A stretch of DNA of 64,000 bases, from contig NC_092670.1 of assembly GCF_964355755.1 (NCBI RefSeq), forward strand, positions 15,176,795 to 15,240,794, read 5' to 3'. Under the pieces are notes generated by a model. It was given only the letters and a program-made list of their open reading frames with translations. It was not told where the DNA came from and did not search any database. Source of the stretch: Antedon mediterranea. Taxonomy: Eukaryota > Animalia > Echinodermata. Shown here in pieces: positions 38,699 through 51,000 of this stretch. A program made the position numbers and the translations under genes. Position 1 is the first letter of the stretch. Each line of letters opens with the position of its first letter.

Positions 38699-41600
38699 TT
38701 ATTCCATGAAATCAGAGTCTATTTGCACTTCCAAGAAAGCCTGGGTCACCGCATCGGTGGCACTTCTCTTTCTTCGTCGTATGGCGGCCGAATTACAACT
38801 CTCCTGGGAGTTTAAAATCCTGCAATACGATTGGTTGTTAGTTGGATCACATGTAACAAATGAACACGTTACCCAGACCTGCCAATAATAAAAGTATATT
38901 AACGACAATGTTATATGCAAGCAAATGAAAAGCAAGTGAAAATACGAGTAGTGAACTATTCCAAATTTCTGATATTTTTTAATATTAGTCCTCTGTTCAA
39001 TATAGATAATGTTACTTCTGTTTATGGTACGTTTGGTTAACATAATTTCAAATTGAAAGTTTGCAAAGCTTTGAAACAGATTATTGGTCATTATAATGGA
39101 ATCTGACCCATAGTCAATATACTATTGCACTTACCGCGTCGTCTAAGCCATAGTTAATCATCGCAAATGTCTTGATAGAAAAGCGTCTCTGAGCAAACGA
39201 CCCAGACCCATAAAACATGACGGTATCATCCACTGGACAACTATATCAAGAAAAAACAAGACAAAACAGTGGAAACAAAAATCAACTAAAAGACAATTAA
39301 AAGTAAACAGTAACATCAATAACCCACTAATTCGACAGTTAAACACTGAAATTAACAGCAGTAAAACATTAGAAAGCTACTCCGAGAGTGCATACATCTG
39401 CCTACTGTAAAATTCTCCTACATAAGATTTCTCCGGGGGAAAAAAAATATATATATATATACATTTTTAATTATTACTGCACACGTAATCATCAAGTTTG
39501 ATTTTTATCGTTTTTTTAACAACATCCGTTTCTGAAGCTTGTAGGTATATTAATATATTTATATACATTGTGCGAATTGATAGAACAGTGTGCTACAATA
39601 CCAAATATATAATAATTATATCAATAATGATATTTAGCCAATGGTATTGTAATGATAAATTCTGTGATACAGTATCAAATGTGATGCATAGGTCATAGAA
39701 ACAATGTTTTACTTACCCGTCTTTGATAAATTCAAACTTCTTATCAAATTTGGTACAAGATTTGTACTTTGGCGTTGCCCTGCAGCTCTCAATTGCAACC
39801 TCTTTACCACTGTCGTGTGCTCTGGCGGCAAAATACAAGGTATCTTTAAAATCCACCTCCTTCTCTGTGCCGTATTCCACCTTGTCGTTATAGCCATTGT
39901 CTTCGTAGAGCTCCAGCATTGATTCCAATCTTGTCTTTGATAGGAACTTACTGGATTCTACCGATGTGTCTGGATTGAAGTAAACGTTGGCAATCCCAAC
40001 CCCTTCGACCTCACAGATAATTTTGATGTTCACCTTCCGTTTTTCGCGGGTTATCAGTTTACTTGTTTGATAAGGCTCTGGATCATCTCTCAAGATGTTG
40101 ATAAATCGAGTGATATCTGAGGATTTTTTCTGTGAAAACATTTTAAATGTTATTGCCAATTGGAAAATCAGTTAAACCCATCAGAACACGTGGCGTAATT
40201 AAATTGCTTTTAGTGAAAGACCATATTTAATTACTTTCATTGTACAGTATTGGATACCAAGAAACACCACTGGTCTGGCTTAAGCCTTTATTGAAAAAAA
40301 AAATTCATAATAGCAAACAATTTGAATTGATTTCAAACTTGAACGAAAGCATTTACCTTGATGTAAGTGCCACATGAATCGTACGCAAACTTAATGATTA
40401 GATGCGTTCCATTATCATTACTCTTACACCGTGGGTCTATCAGATGTAGCTTATTCACCGACTTGTCATTGGCGTATGATTTTGGAACAGACGCAGTGAT
40501 TTCTGACTGATCACATTCAACAGTTGGTTCTGGCGGAGTTGCTATATGTTTAAAGTTAATCAGAAATATTGTGGTGTAATCATTTATATTTATATTGTTT
40601 CCAATTCAATTAAATTAAATTTATTTCAGAAGATACCGTACATTATTATGTAATAAAATATATGAGAGTAGAACAACAGAGCACACAGTTTATCATTCCA
40701 GGGAGACTACCAAATGTGATGTTATAATGTGTATCGAGTGATTAAGTTACTAGTGAAAATCATTGGTCATGTATTATGATGCGTCTGCATTATTGTACGT
40801 GAAGCCTATTCCCCTTTAATGACTTTGGCTTCTGGTACTTTTGATATCTTAAAAGAAGTACTCTATTCGGGTTTTCCAAAAATAATTGAAGAGAACTACA
40901 TATCTGAAGCCCAACGTAAATATTACTACAATACAAAAGGTAAACCTAAGCTATCAGTAGCTATTGACAACACTTACGAATACTGAAGGGATACGCTGAT
41001 GTGTCTGAATTGACTACTGCAGCGAGTTCACAAAATGTCGAGTATTTGACAACTGATAAACCTTCTTCTATTTGTAACGCATATGTTTGTCCGGGTTGTA
41101 AGTTTTTTGGCGCTTTATACCGCGCTATTGTAGGATTGTCTGCAGGAAATTCTACCTCATCCGGATTTGCTGAGTCATATGTGGCGTATGTTTTCCTGAA
41201 TCTATTATCCAAAACCGTAATATATGCAGATTTTTCCGGTCTTGAAACCTGTACACATTGTTGAAACATAAATTGGTTACAAATCTACAATGGATAATCA
41301 GAGTACAGCTGTCTGTCTGCGAACACCAAACACATTGAATCCACGTGTGTAGTAAAAGTAGAAGTATAGGCCTACATTCGTGTCCATGTAAGAGAGATAC
41401 TACTGAATAATAATAAATAATCATGAGGATACGTACCGGTCCATCAAACTGAATAAACCAGTACTCTCTGGTTTCATCCAGTTGGCTATTGGAAGCTGGG
41501 TAAGATTCGTCATTGAGCACCTGTGGATGCGGTGGTGGTTTAATAACGGTTTCATCATCTACAAAAAAACAAACATTTAAATAAACTTGTAAATTCTGTC

Positions 41601-44600
41601 TAAAAATAACTTCAGTGAATTTCGTTATAATGCAGTAACTAAAGCTCTGTCTACAAAACTAGCTTGGCATAAAAAAGCGTGATGTACCCAATTATGGTAG
41701 TGAAATGACATCATCGTGTATGCTTAAGGGATCATTTCTAAATTATTCAACTGCAGTCTCGGCAGTAACTAACATTCAACGTATGATTTTAGTAGAAAAT
41801 GTAGAAGTAATAATAAACAATACATGATTACCCGGAAAAAGCTTGCTAAATAAGGTTAGAATGTAAATATAGTTACTGCATTAACTGCATAGAATCATTT
41901 TGTGCTTAAGTTCTTCCATAACCTATGTTCATAGACGTATGTCTATGCTTACTTAAGCTTGGTTCCTACTAGAACGTAACGCAAGGACGTAAACGCAACG
42001 CAAGCGTGTTAACCAATGAAAAGCGAAGTTACAGACAGTTAGCAATCACAAGCGAATAAGCCATCGCTTGTGATTGGTCAATTCACTTGCGTTGCGTTAC
42101 GTCCTTGCGTTGCGTCGCTAGTGGCAACCACGCTGTAAAGTGCTTACTGTATTGAAATAGAACTCACCCGTAACTTCAATTTTTCCAGATACAGATTTAC
42201 CTTGCAATCTTTAGATAAAATAAGAACATGGTACTTGGTTTATTTATGGAAAGTCAATGATTTAGCAAAGCGGGCAACTAAGGTTTAATAAAAACTGACT
42301 TAATAAAAAATGTACTACTGTAGTGGATATTGTAAAAATACAAGTAATATTATAATAATCATTGCATTTAATCTATAAAGTGCAATGGTTTTTTAATAAA
42401 TTTTAGACGTTGTTCATACCCAAAATCGTCAGTAGCAGTTATAGTGTATTCATATATTCCAAGTTTCGTGGTTTGAAATGAAAGAGTGCTCTGAACAAAT
42501 CTACCTGGCGGAGGAATATCTTCAGTGTATGTCATGCCTTTTGGTAAAATATACGTCATCTCTTCAACCCTGTATAAATAGTAAAAATAAATCAGCACTC
42601 GTGTGTCAAAAAATGGTTCTTGATGGTGTTTGATTAGTCTAGGTTCTAGACAGCATTTCGACTTTATATTGGTAAAAAGATAATTTGTTGACAAATATGC
42701 GTATTATACGTTTCATACGTATAATATTTTGAGCTGAAAAAATCGAAACTCAGACTGTTGTAAAATAAAATAATAACTAAAGGCATTGGGGCAAGCCTAG
42801 TTTTTGATAAGTTTGTTTTAAAACTTTATTGTGAACGTATTACAGCCCTATCTCATCAACATTTTTAACTATTTATAGGATAAAAAATAATATTCAATGA
42901 ACACACCGATTTCCATCTGACTCTTCTGGTAGCTTTGCAGAAATCGTACTCTCCCATTGTGTACCTGGTTTAATACTGGAACAGGGGTTACCTAATGACA
43001 CTTCTGGTCCAATGCAACTACCGGCTACCGATATATAAGCAATAAGTTGAGTTTCATAATTATGAACAAATTATATATTTTTTTTTATGTCTTCTGAAGA
43101 ACAACTGCTAAGTGATAATTTGTTAATACATTTGTATCGTTGAGCTAATAATTTACACTGAACAATGTTCTAGTTCAATATTGGAAATAATGTCTTGTAG
43201 AGGGATGGATGGGATTAATTGTTACAGTGTTGAGTGTCTATTACTCTACTTTCTACTACATAGTACTCAGCTTTTTTCTTCATAATTAACCAATTTGTTA
43301 ATAAACATTTCAACCGGGATCAGCGCATTTCAACTTCACTACATATTCTCTATAAACATTTTTGTTGGCATAATAGGCATACAAAAGAGTAATCTTTCCT
43401 GTATTCATACAGTCTACTCTATCTGCTTGGGCCACCCCAGCCCCGAGTGTTGACTTTACTCAACCAAGGCAATCTAACTACATGGTTTATCTGTGGATGC
43501 GACACGATCAATTCAACCGCACATGTAAATTGCAGTACTGTGGTATTTATCGCAGCCATACATAAGAGCAAAGGACTGTTACGAGTTTATATATTAGCAA
43601 GGCGAGCTCAGTGTCCTGTTGTTAAATTGCCTATTGATTAAACTAACGTTCAGTAACTTGAATAAGAAACTGGTAGGGCACGGTGCTCTTTGGTTTTGTC
43701 GATCCCTCGTCGAAATCCTCAACCATCACGGATACGCCGTAGTAATGCCCTTCTACTGGAATAACGTAGTCTCCCTCTGCCTGAAACCTTACTAAGCACC
43801 TATCCTACATTCAGTAAAAACATTGTGAATATTTAGGTTGTCAAACAATGTTCTTTATTATATTATTTCGTTTTCTTTTATTTCGTTTTCTTTTAGTAGG
43901 GTTGCCCTCTCAGTAATAAAATAAAACTGCTCTTCCGAGGGGCCCTACGGCACATTTAAACAAAATTTGAAAACAACTTAAACTAAACTTAAACTAAAAC
44001 TTAAACTAAAACTAAACTTCAATGCATGTTCTCATTATTATTATACTTTTATACCATATTTAAATATATTTCACTGGAACCATCCTAGACCACCGGCAAC
44101 AATAAATGAATCTTAACAAGTGATTTAAAACGGTTATAATTGTTTTGTTTTCTTAATTCATAAGGTAGGCCATTCCAGAGTGAACTTCCATAATAAACAA
44201 AACTACGTTTGTATATTTCGAGGTTACATCTGGGCAAATACAACAGATTATTTTCATAGTTTCTGGTTTGAATATTGTGTACACTACTAATATATTGCAA
44301 AACATCACATAAGTATGAAGGTACAGATTCTTGTAAACATCTAAATATTGTACAAATTGTATGATATTCAATTCTTGTCCTAATTGTTAGCCAACCTAAA
44401 TCATAATGCATTTGTCTAACAGGAGTTCGAATATCAGCACCTAGTATTAATCGTGCAGCTCTATTTTGTACCCTTTGCAATTTATATAATATACTTCAGA
44501 AGAAAATCATCTAAACTGCCCAGTATAGACGTGAACTATTAGATAGAAAATAATTGAATTTGTTTTTTATGTTAATACACATGTGTAAAATTGTGTAGCA

Positions 44601-46097
44601 ATAGACATTCTGGTAAAGTAGAAGTATATGGCTAACTGTAAGGGTTGCAGACACGTGTTATGGCGCAACCCATTTACCGTGTTTGTCGAATCTACAAAAT
44701 AAAAAAAATGAAATACCTCGTAAATCTCGGCTTTAGCAGGATCTTTACTTGGGTCACCACATACACGGGGTTCATTAGCATCGTCTGGGCATTCTTGTTT
44801 AACTGGATCTGCCCATCGGCATCGCACTGTATCGCCGTCTGGATCACTTGCTGTTTTAAAAAAAACATACAATAAGTATAGACATAGCCTAGATATACTT
44901 TATTCGTCAGGATATTTTCGAAAATTGTGTTTCTTGGCAAGTTAAGATATCAAATTCTATTTAAAATACCTTTATAATAAAAACATTTAAAATACGATAA
45001 AACAATACACAATATTTCAACATGTTAATGGCGTAGCCTATGTATTATCTAAGGTACATATCGAACGGGCCTTTCACACCACACCTGCTCCGGTCAAGCT
45101 CCGGCAAATAAAATCGAACCTCAAGGTTTCGTTTTCACGACGGCCACGCGGATCAAGCCGGACCGGAGCGGGTGTGAAAGACACTTAACAATTGAATAGA
45201 TGAGAAGGCCTACATGTTGAACCGGTTAGCTATTTCTTTACGATAAGTAGAAATAAAATAAACAAAGCCAAAAATGAGCGTAAATAATAATTATAATTGT
45301 TATGTTTCTTACCTTTCAAATCGATCAGCAGTTCACATCCTTGTCGTACACGATAGAGTGGTAGTCCAGCCGTTACGCGGGGAGAGTTATTTTCAATAGA
45401 TAGGTCCACATGACTCAGTAAGTTCCAACATCTTCCGGAACTGAAATTTTGCAGATATAGCCAACTACTCCATGTACATGGCCCATCAGTTTCGTAGCTG
45501 AATAAAAATAGACATTTGCCTCCCCTTGTAATCTAAATATTTCAAATTTTTTTTGGCTGACAATTATGTTTTAAAATGTTTTTTTGGAGTAGGCCTAATG
45601 GAAATACTTAAATACAAATAGTTAAATAATTAATGCAATTTCAGGAAATCTTTATATTTCACATACAATTTATTTTACTATATTTTTGCATTAACAACGA
45701 ACAAAAATGAAATATGTTCAGTTTACAAGCTTTTTAGTATGTGGTTGGCGCCGCATACTAAAAAGCTTGAAGAAGATAAAACATAGATTTTGGAAAGCAA
45801 ATGTTAAAACGTAGCACGTGTCTTTAACACGAAATGAAAATAATATGTTATTCGCTAAGGGAAAACAGGCTTATGGCAAAGATATAAAAATATACGTTTA
45901 TATGTTTTACTAATGTATAAGGAAGCATAATTTTGTTTCCAATATAATAATTTAGATTAAAATATTAAAAAATATTTGTGTAGGCCTACCTTCCGATTGT
46001 TTATTTTCTCCCAATAGAATGTTCCTCCGCGGTAATGAAGTGCTTGCGCCGACTGAGAAAGTGCACATACTAACAGCAGTAAACCCACCAAGTGCAT
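38699..46097 (-). CDS. ZP-module protein paralog B; coding exon 2 absent (pseudogene candidate or exon-skipped form)
   Basis: Exons 46097-45990, [exon 2 not found in 45498-45989], 45497-45313, 44850-44717, 43804-43648, 43024-42907, 42569-42420, 42208-42168, 41558-41437, 41248-40978, 40541-40357, 40129-39717, 39240-39135, 38878-38699. All present exons are open, have GT-AG sites and are collinear with paralog A. Exon 1 ends in phase 0 and exon 3 needs phase 2. Confidence 0.85.
41956..42134. mobile_element. Representative of a dispersed MITE family (AGCTTGGTTCCCACTAG TIR, ACGCAACGCAAG subterminal repeats)
   Basis: Near-palindromic element; related copies at ~1281-1410, 15238-15478, 17020-17140, 18124-18383. 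Confidence 0.75.
43860..44490 (-). mobile_element. L2/Crack-type LINE 3' fragment in an intron of ZP paralog B
   Basis: ORF 44085-44480 LQRVQNRAARLIL..LGWLTI..HNIQTR..KRSFVYYGSSLWNGLP; 3' stem-loop at ~43895-43945 and AATAAA-rich tail. Confidence 0.85.
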
Positions 46098-46474
46098 GGT
46101 GATTCAAACTATAATAAACACATGCTTTTATGAATATCATATAACATTCTTAAAACAAATTAAAATAATGCTATTATTAACATAAATGTATTCAACAACC
46201 AAGGTACGTAAATCTTTGCAGGCTTTCTTTTCCCTAGTTTAGTTCCTGAATCCATACTGATTACGTGTATATTCAATATGGAATATTAAACCTAAGCCAG
46301 TGTTGGTTTGTTGTCAACAAATTTGTACTCACACGCCATTCTAAACGTGCACAGCATACATATCCCGTATTCAAAATGAATTGTATTATAAACACTTTTA
46401 TTATGTACTAAGCCCTACCTAAGCTTCAAATAGTTAGTTTCAATATGTAACATGAAAATAATATTTTAAAATAC

Positions 46475-46913
46475 CTGATCAACTGAACACACAGACAAGA
46501 AGTTGCTGTTTCGGTAAGCTAAGGCGTAACGCAACAAACTTGCTATTGTCACTCTAGAACGTCCTCAATCCAAATGAATAAACTGTTCATATTTTCACCT
46601 TTTTATCACTTATAAAATGTGTGAAAACAATATACCTAATCTCCAAAACTCAACGTATCAAACAATAATGCGTTTAGGAATAAATGAATTTTCCAATTCC
46701 AGTCGATATTGTTTTACATTTTTGAAAATGCGATATCAGCAACAATACTGTTTAACAATTATCATTCAATTATTGTTAATTAATTCTGATGCGTTTTGCT
46801 TATGACAACTTTTATAGTAAGAGTTGTATTGCATAATTAAATGAAATTGAATACGTAATTTGTGTATCGTTTGTCAGTGTTTCGTATGTTTAGGTCTTTA
46901 ATGTCAATCAAAT
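46475..46913 (-). promoter_or_regulatory. Putative promoter and non-coding first exon of ZP paralog B
   Basis: Homologous to 36181-36575: donor AG|GTATTT at 46475/46474, Inr-like TCATT ~46577-46573, GATAAAAA in place of the TATA box, conserved upstream block 46835-46913. Confidence 0.5.
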
Positions 46914-47726
46914 GACATTATTAGGGTAAACGGATTAAGAAACGCCAATTATAGGGTAATCAATACCTAACTTGTTCGCATTAAATTTACAGTTGAACCT
47001 CCCTCTGCGGAAACCCCTCCTCGAAAGCAGACTGGTCCCATTAACGGACATACATCCAGACGCCAAAATTAGTTATTCCTATACCAGTGCATTTGGCAAC
47101 TCTCATAAAGCCTTGTCTACACTACACAAAATTTATGTGACAAAAATGTAATATGGTGCCCATATATCGACTTGATGATGTCATATCACTACCATTTGTG
47201 CACATCATACTTTTTTGTCAAACTACATTGTAGACAGAGCTTAGGCAGAAACAACTAGTAAAGTTTGGCACCGCTTAGGGCAATACAAGTGGGTTGATCA
47301 ATAACAAATGATTGGTCCATAAATATTATTACTGTATTAACTCAAAATTATTTGCTCATTTTAAATTTTCCGATAAGGAAAAGCTAAAGAACCAAATTTT
47401 AAAGTCAAATGGCAAGAAAAAAGTTTACCAATAAACATCTATATGCACTATCTCGTTATAAGTCATATCAATGGTAACTCGTCATATCACATTCACCGTT
47501 ATTTATCATCACCACAACCGTCATCAAATAATCAAATGATTGCAAATTCAAAACAATTTCATTTACAACATTTATTTATTTATTTAGAACTACCATTTTC
47601 AACGGTTTACTATTTTCGTACATTCAATAAAGTTGATATATTGTCAATTAATTTTGACTTAATTTGACTAAATATAATGAAAGTAGTAAGTTTTTAAATG
47701 AGAAGTAAGTTAGATAAGATTATTCA

Positions 47727-48032
47727 GTCAACTACTTCCACAAAGTAATTGTAATATAACACAAATATTATCGATTTTAAATTGTTATTCGATTGACCGA
47801 CTACAATGAATTCTAAACACATATGAGATATACTATCAGTTAAATTTAATTCGATGTAGTTTGTTCAGTTTATAACTGCGTCAACTACTTCCACAAAGTA
47901 ATTGGAATATAACAAAAATATTATCAATTTTAAATTGTTATTCGATTGACCGACTACATCGAATTTCTAAACACATATGAGATATACTAATAATTAAATG
48001 TAATTCGATGTAGTTTGTTCAGTTTATCACTG
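47727..48032. repeat. 153-bp direct tandem duplication in the presumed 3' UTR of ZP paralog C
   Basis: GTCAACTACTTCCACAAAGTAATTG... starts at 47727 and again at 47880 with few mismatches. Confidence 0.85.
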
Positions 48033-48081
48033 AGCAAATTATTAATCATAGTAAAATTAAAAATCAACAATTATTATTTGA

Positions 48082-51000
48082 TTACATTTTAAATGTCATG
48101 AATGCATTAGTTTCGTCTTCAAACGTACCGATTCGGTTACCTCGGCGGCGTCGTCCTTTGGAGGAGCAATATTGGTCATCCTTGAGAGTAGCGCAACGGG
48201 ATTCAGTATGTAGATCATTACATGAAATTATCTTACACTTCACAAGAATCTAAAAATAGCATTTTTGTTATTGTTAAATTAATTAATATATTTTAAATAA
48301 TGAAATCATAATAAGATAGCTCCTACGTCTTGATTTTACATTTTTATTTTTAAAATTAAATGATGTGAAGTGAACTAAATAAATCATTAAGTTTGTTTAA
48401 AGATTGGAAGTTCTGAGAATATTATCTATTGAAGACTTGTTGGCATTACATAAACGTTCATTATGATTGTGTTGAGAATTACTGTCCTCAAAGAAATCAT
48501 GAATAATTCATTAGAATAACTATGACATAATATGGGACATTATAGATGGCGCTATATAAGCATGGGGAGAGATTAAAAATAATTTGTGTAAACAGCGTTT
48601 GCCAACCGAAATGTTTGGTCTAATGGTAAAGGCCTTAACCTCCTATACTCGCTTCGAGGTCTATCAAGAACATGTTTTTTTAATACTTGAGAGAGATTAT
48701 TTAGAGGGTTAGGTTTAGTATATTTAGGAAGTAGATCAACTATCTTGTAATTCTTTATAATAGAAAATAATTAAGGTAATGAATTATTCATGATTTCATG
48801 GTGGTTAATGACTTAACCTCATAGGAAAAAAATGCAACCGGACAGACTTTTACGTTTTAATTCGAAAGGCAATACTTGTCATAATTTTTCTTCCCTAGAC
48901 TATTGGAACAAATACAAAGTGACATACAAATTTCACCAACACTTTGAATATTTAAAGTTTCTCTAACAAAACACTTTATTCATAGGCCAATGATTTTATT
49001 TTAACTGTTTGTATTGTAATATGGAGTGAGTGTAGAACCTGGCTCATTCGGTTATTATTTTTTGGTAGGCCTAACCGAAAAGATTATTATAACTTGTTAT
49101 TGTTTGACGGTCAATTTTATGCTGTTGTACTCGACCTGTTTAACCGGTTTCCAGCAATCAAAAACACTTATTGTAGAAAGAATATGCGAAGTATCCTTGT
49201 ATTATTATTATGTGGGTAAGTTTCAGCATCGAAAACAGATTCCAAGTTCCACGTTCGGAAAAAACCCCTATTGGGGAAAAATCGTTCAATAACTTATTAT
49301 CCAACTAACCTTATTAGTAAACAAGGTTACATTAGGTGGTTAGACTTAGTACAAAAACTATACAATGTCGGCTAGAAAATATCACGTGATTGCGGGGCGC
49401 CCTCGCAATCATCTTTTGACAGCGTGAGCATCTCATCGTCTTCACCTCACGCTGTCAACAGATTACCACGCCAGTTTTTGGCTAAGTAAAATAATTTTAA
49501 CTTTTACATTTTAACAGTCCCTTTTATCCTCCTACACTGATAGGCTTTGTGTTCTCACACAATATACTTTGACTTGAATTTATCTCACACTCCTTATCTT
49601 ACCCCCATTTCTTTTCCATTTTTCGTACTTTATTGTAATTAGCCTATGTTGTCTGGTTTTCGGCTAGAAAATATGTAATTATACACTACTTAAGAATGTG
49701 TATGTTCTTCTATTAACAATGTTTTACCGGGTTTTTAAAATGTAAGTCAACAGATGAATAGTTGAATAAAAATGTTGAATTTTTTAGTGTTGTATTTTGT
49801 TGGAAAATCGTTTTGCAATTATTATTATTTATGAACCGGGCGGTATACAATTCATGTTAAGTCATGACTAATGCGTTTATATATAGATTATTATTACATA
49901 AGTTTCTTACAGTGAAACAGTGTACAATTTTATGTATTATATCACCTTAATGCCATTATATTGACATTAGGTATATCGTCGAGAGAGAACTGAATCATGC
50001 TTTGTACCACATGTATATTTCATAACGAACCACAGTTTTAAACAGAAAGGAATTCCTAAACCATAATTACATATTAGTCAATTGTATTTAGTGCCTTAAG
50101 TGTAAACATCCTTACCTCGTCAGATGCTCGATCCATGAATTCAAACGACTTGATGGAGAAACGATGATCCAAACCTGAAGAACTAATCACCACCGATTGA
50201 TCTATACCACAACTAAATCAAAACAGAAAAGGAATTTTGAATTATTAGTACAAGGATGTAAAGCTCTGTCTACACTATCAAACTTCATGTGAAAATTAAT
50301 TGTGATGTGCCCATGTATGTCATAACACTACCATATTTGGGCAAATTACACTTTTTTTGTCAAACTATTTATTGTAGACAGAGCTTTTCTAAGTTTTTAG
50401 TCGCGTGCAAACGCGACTTTACAGCTCACTATGTCAGTCGGTTGGTCGGTAAACACTAACTCAAATTTGAGCACGCGACTGCAGCCATGTATATGGCATT
50501 GTTATAAACTATGGAAACTGATATCAAATTTTGGAGACAAAAAAAATAAAATATCAAAAGATACATACCCATCTTGAATGAAAGTGTATTCCTGTACCGT
50601 TTCTCTTGCTAACGTATTCATTGCCTTACAGCTATCGATGGCCACGTTTTTAGAGGAGGTACTTATAGCAGCAAAATACATGACGTCGTCTATGTTTACT
50701 GAAGCGGTTCCGCTGATAACATGTCTATAAGCCGAGTCCTCGTACATTTTAAGGTAAGCCTTAAATTGTCCGGTCGCTTTGTATTTTACAGGTGTGGTGG
50801 TATGAACTGTTTTGAAGCGTACGTCAATACCATCTCCTATCATTTCGCAAATAATTTCTACTTCAACATTATGCTGTTCTCTGGTTACAAGAGCACCGGG
50901 AACAATTGGCGTAGGGTCGTCTCGGATTGTGTTGTAGAAGTTAGTATGCGTTTCTGATGAACGCTAGAAATATATGAAGCAATAATGGGTAAAGACTCAC

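Noticed and set aside
41930-41947. CATAGACGTATGTCTATG as another P-type footprint
   Set aside because: Palindromic with CAT..ATG ends but no flanking direct repeat, so support is insufficient.
26775-46097. Rescue of the A and B lesions by read-through cis-splicing
   Set aside because: B is upstream of A in transcription, so a read-through mRNA using A exon 2 must continue into A's frameshifted exon 12; only recombination or trans-splicing could combine the good parts.
48605-48680. tRNA-like sequence (TGGTCTAATGGTAAAGGC..CTTCGAGGTC)
   Set aside because: Only A/B-box-like remnants with no cloverleaf; at best a decayed tRNA-derived SINE.
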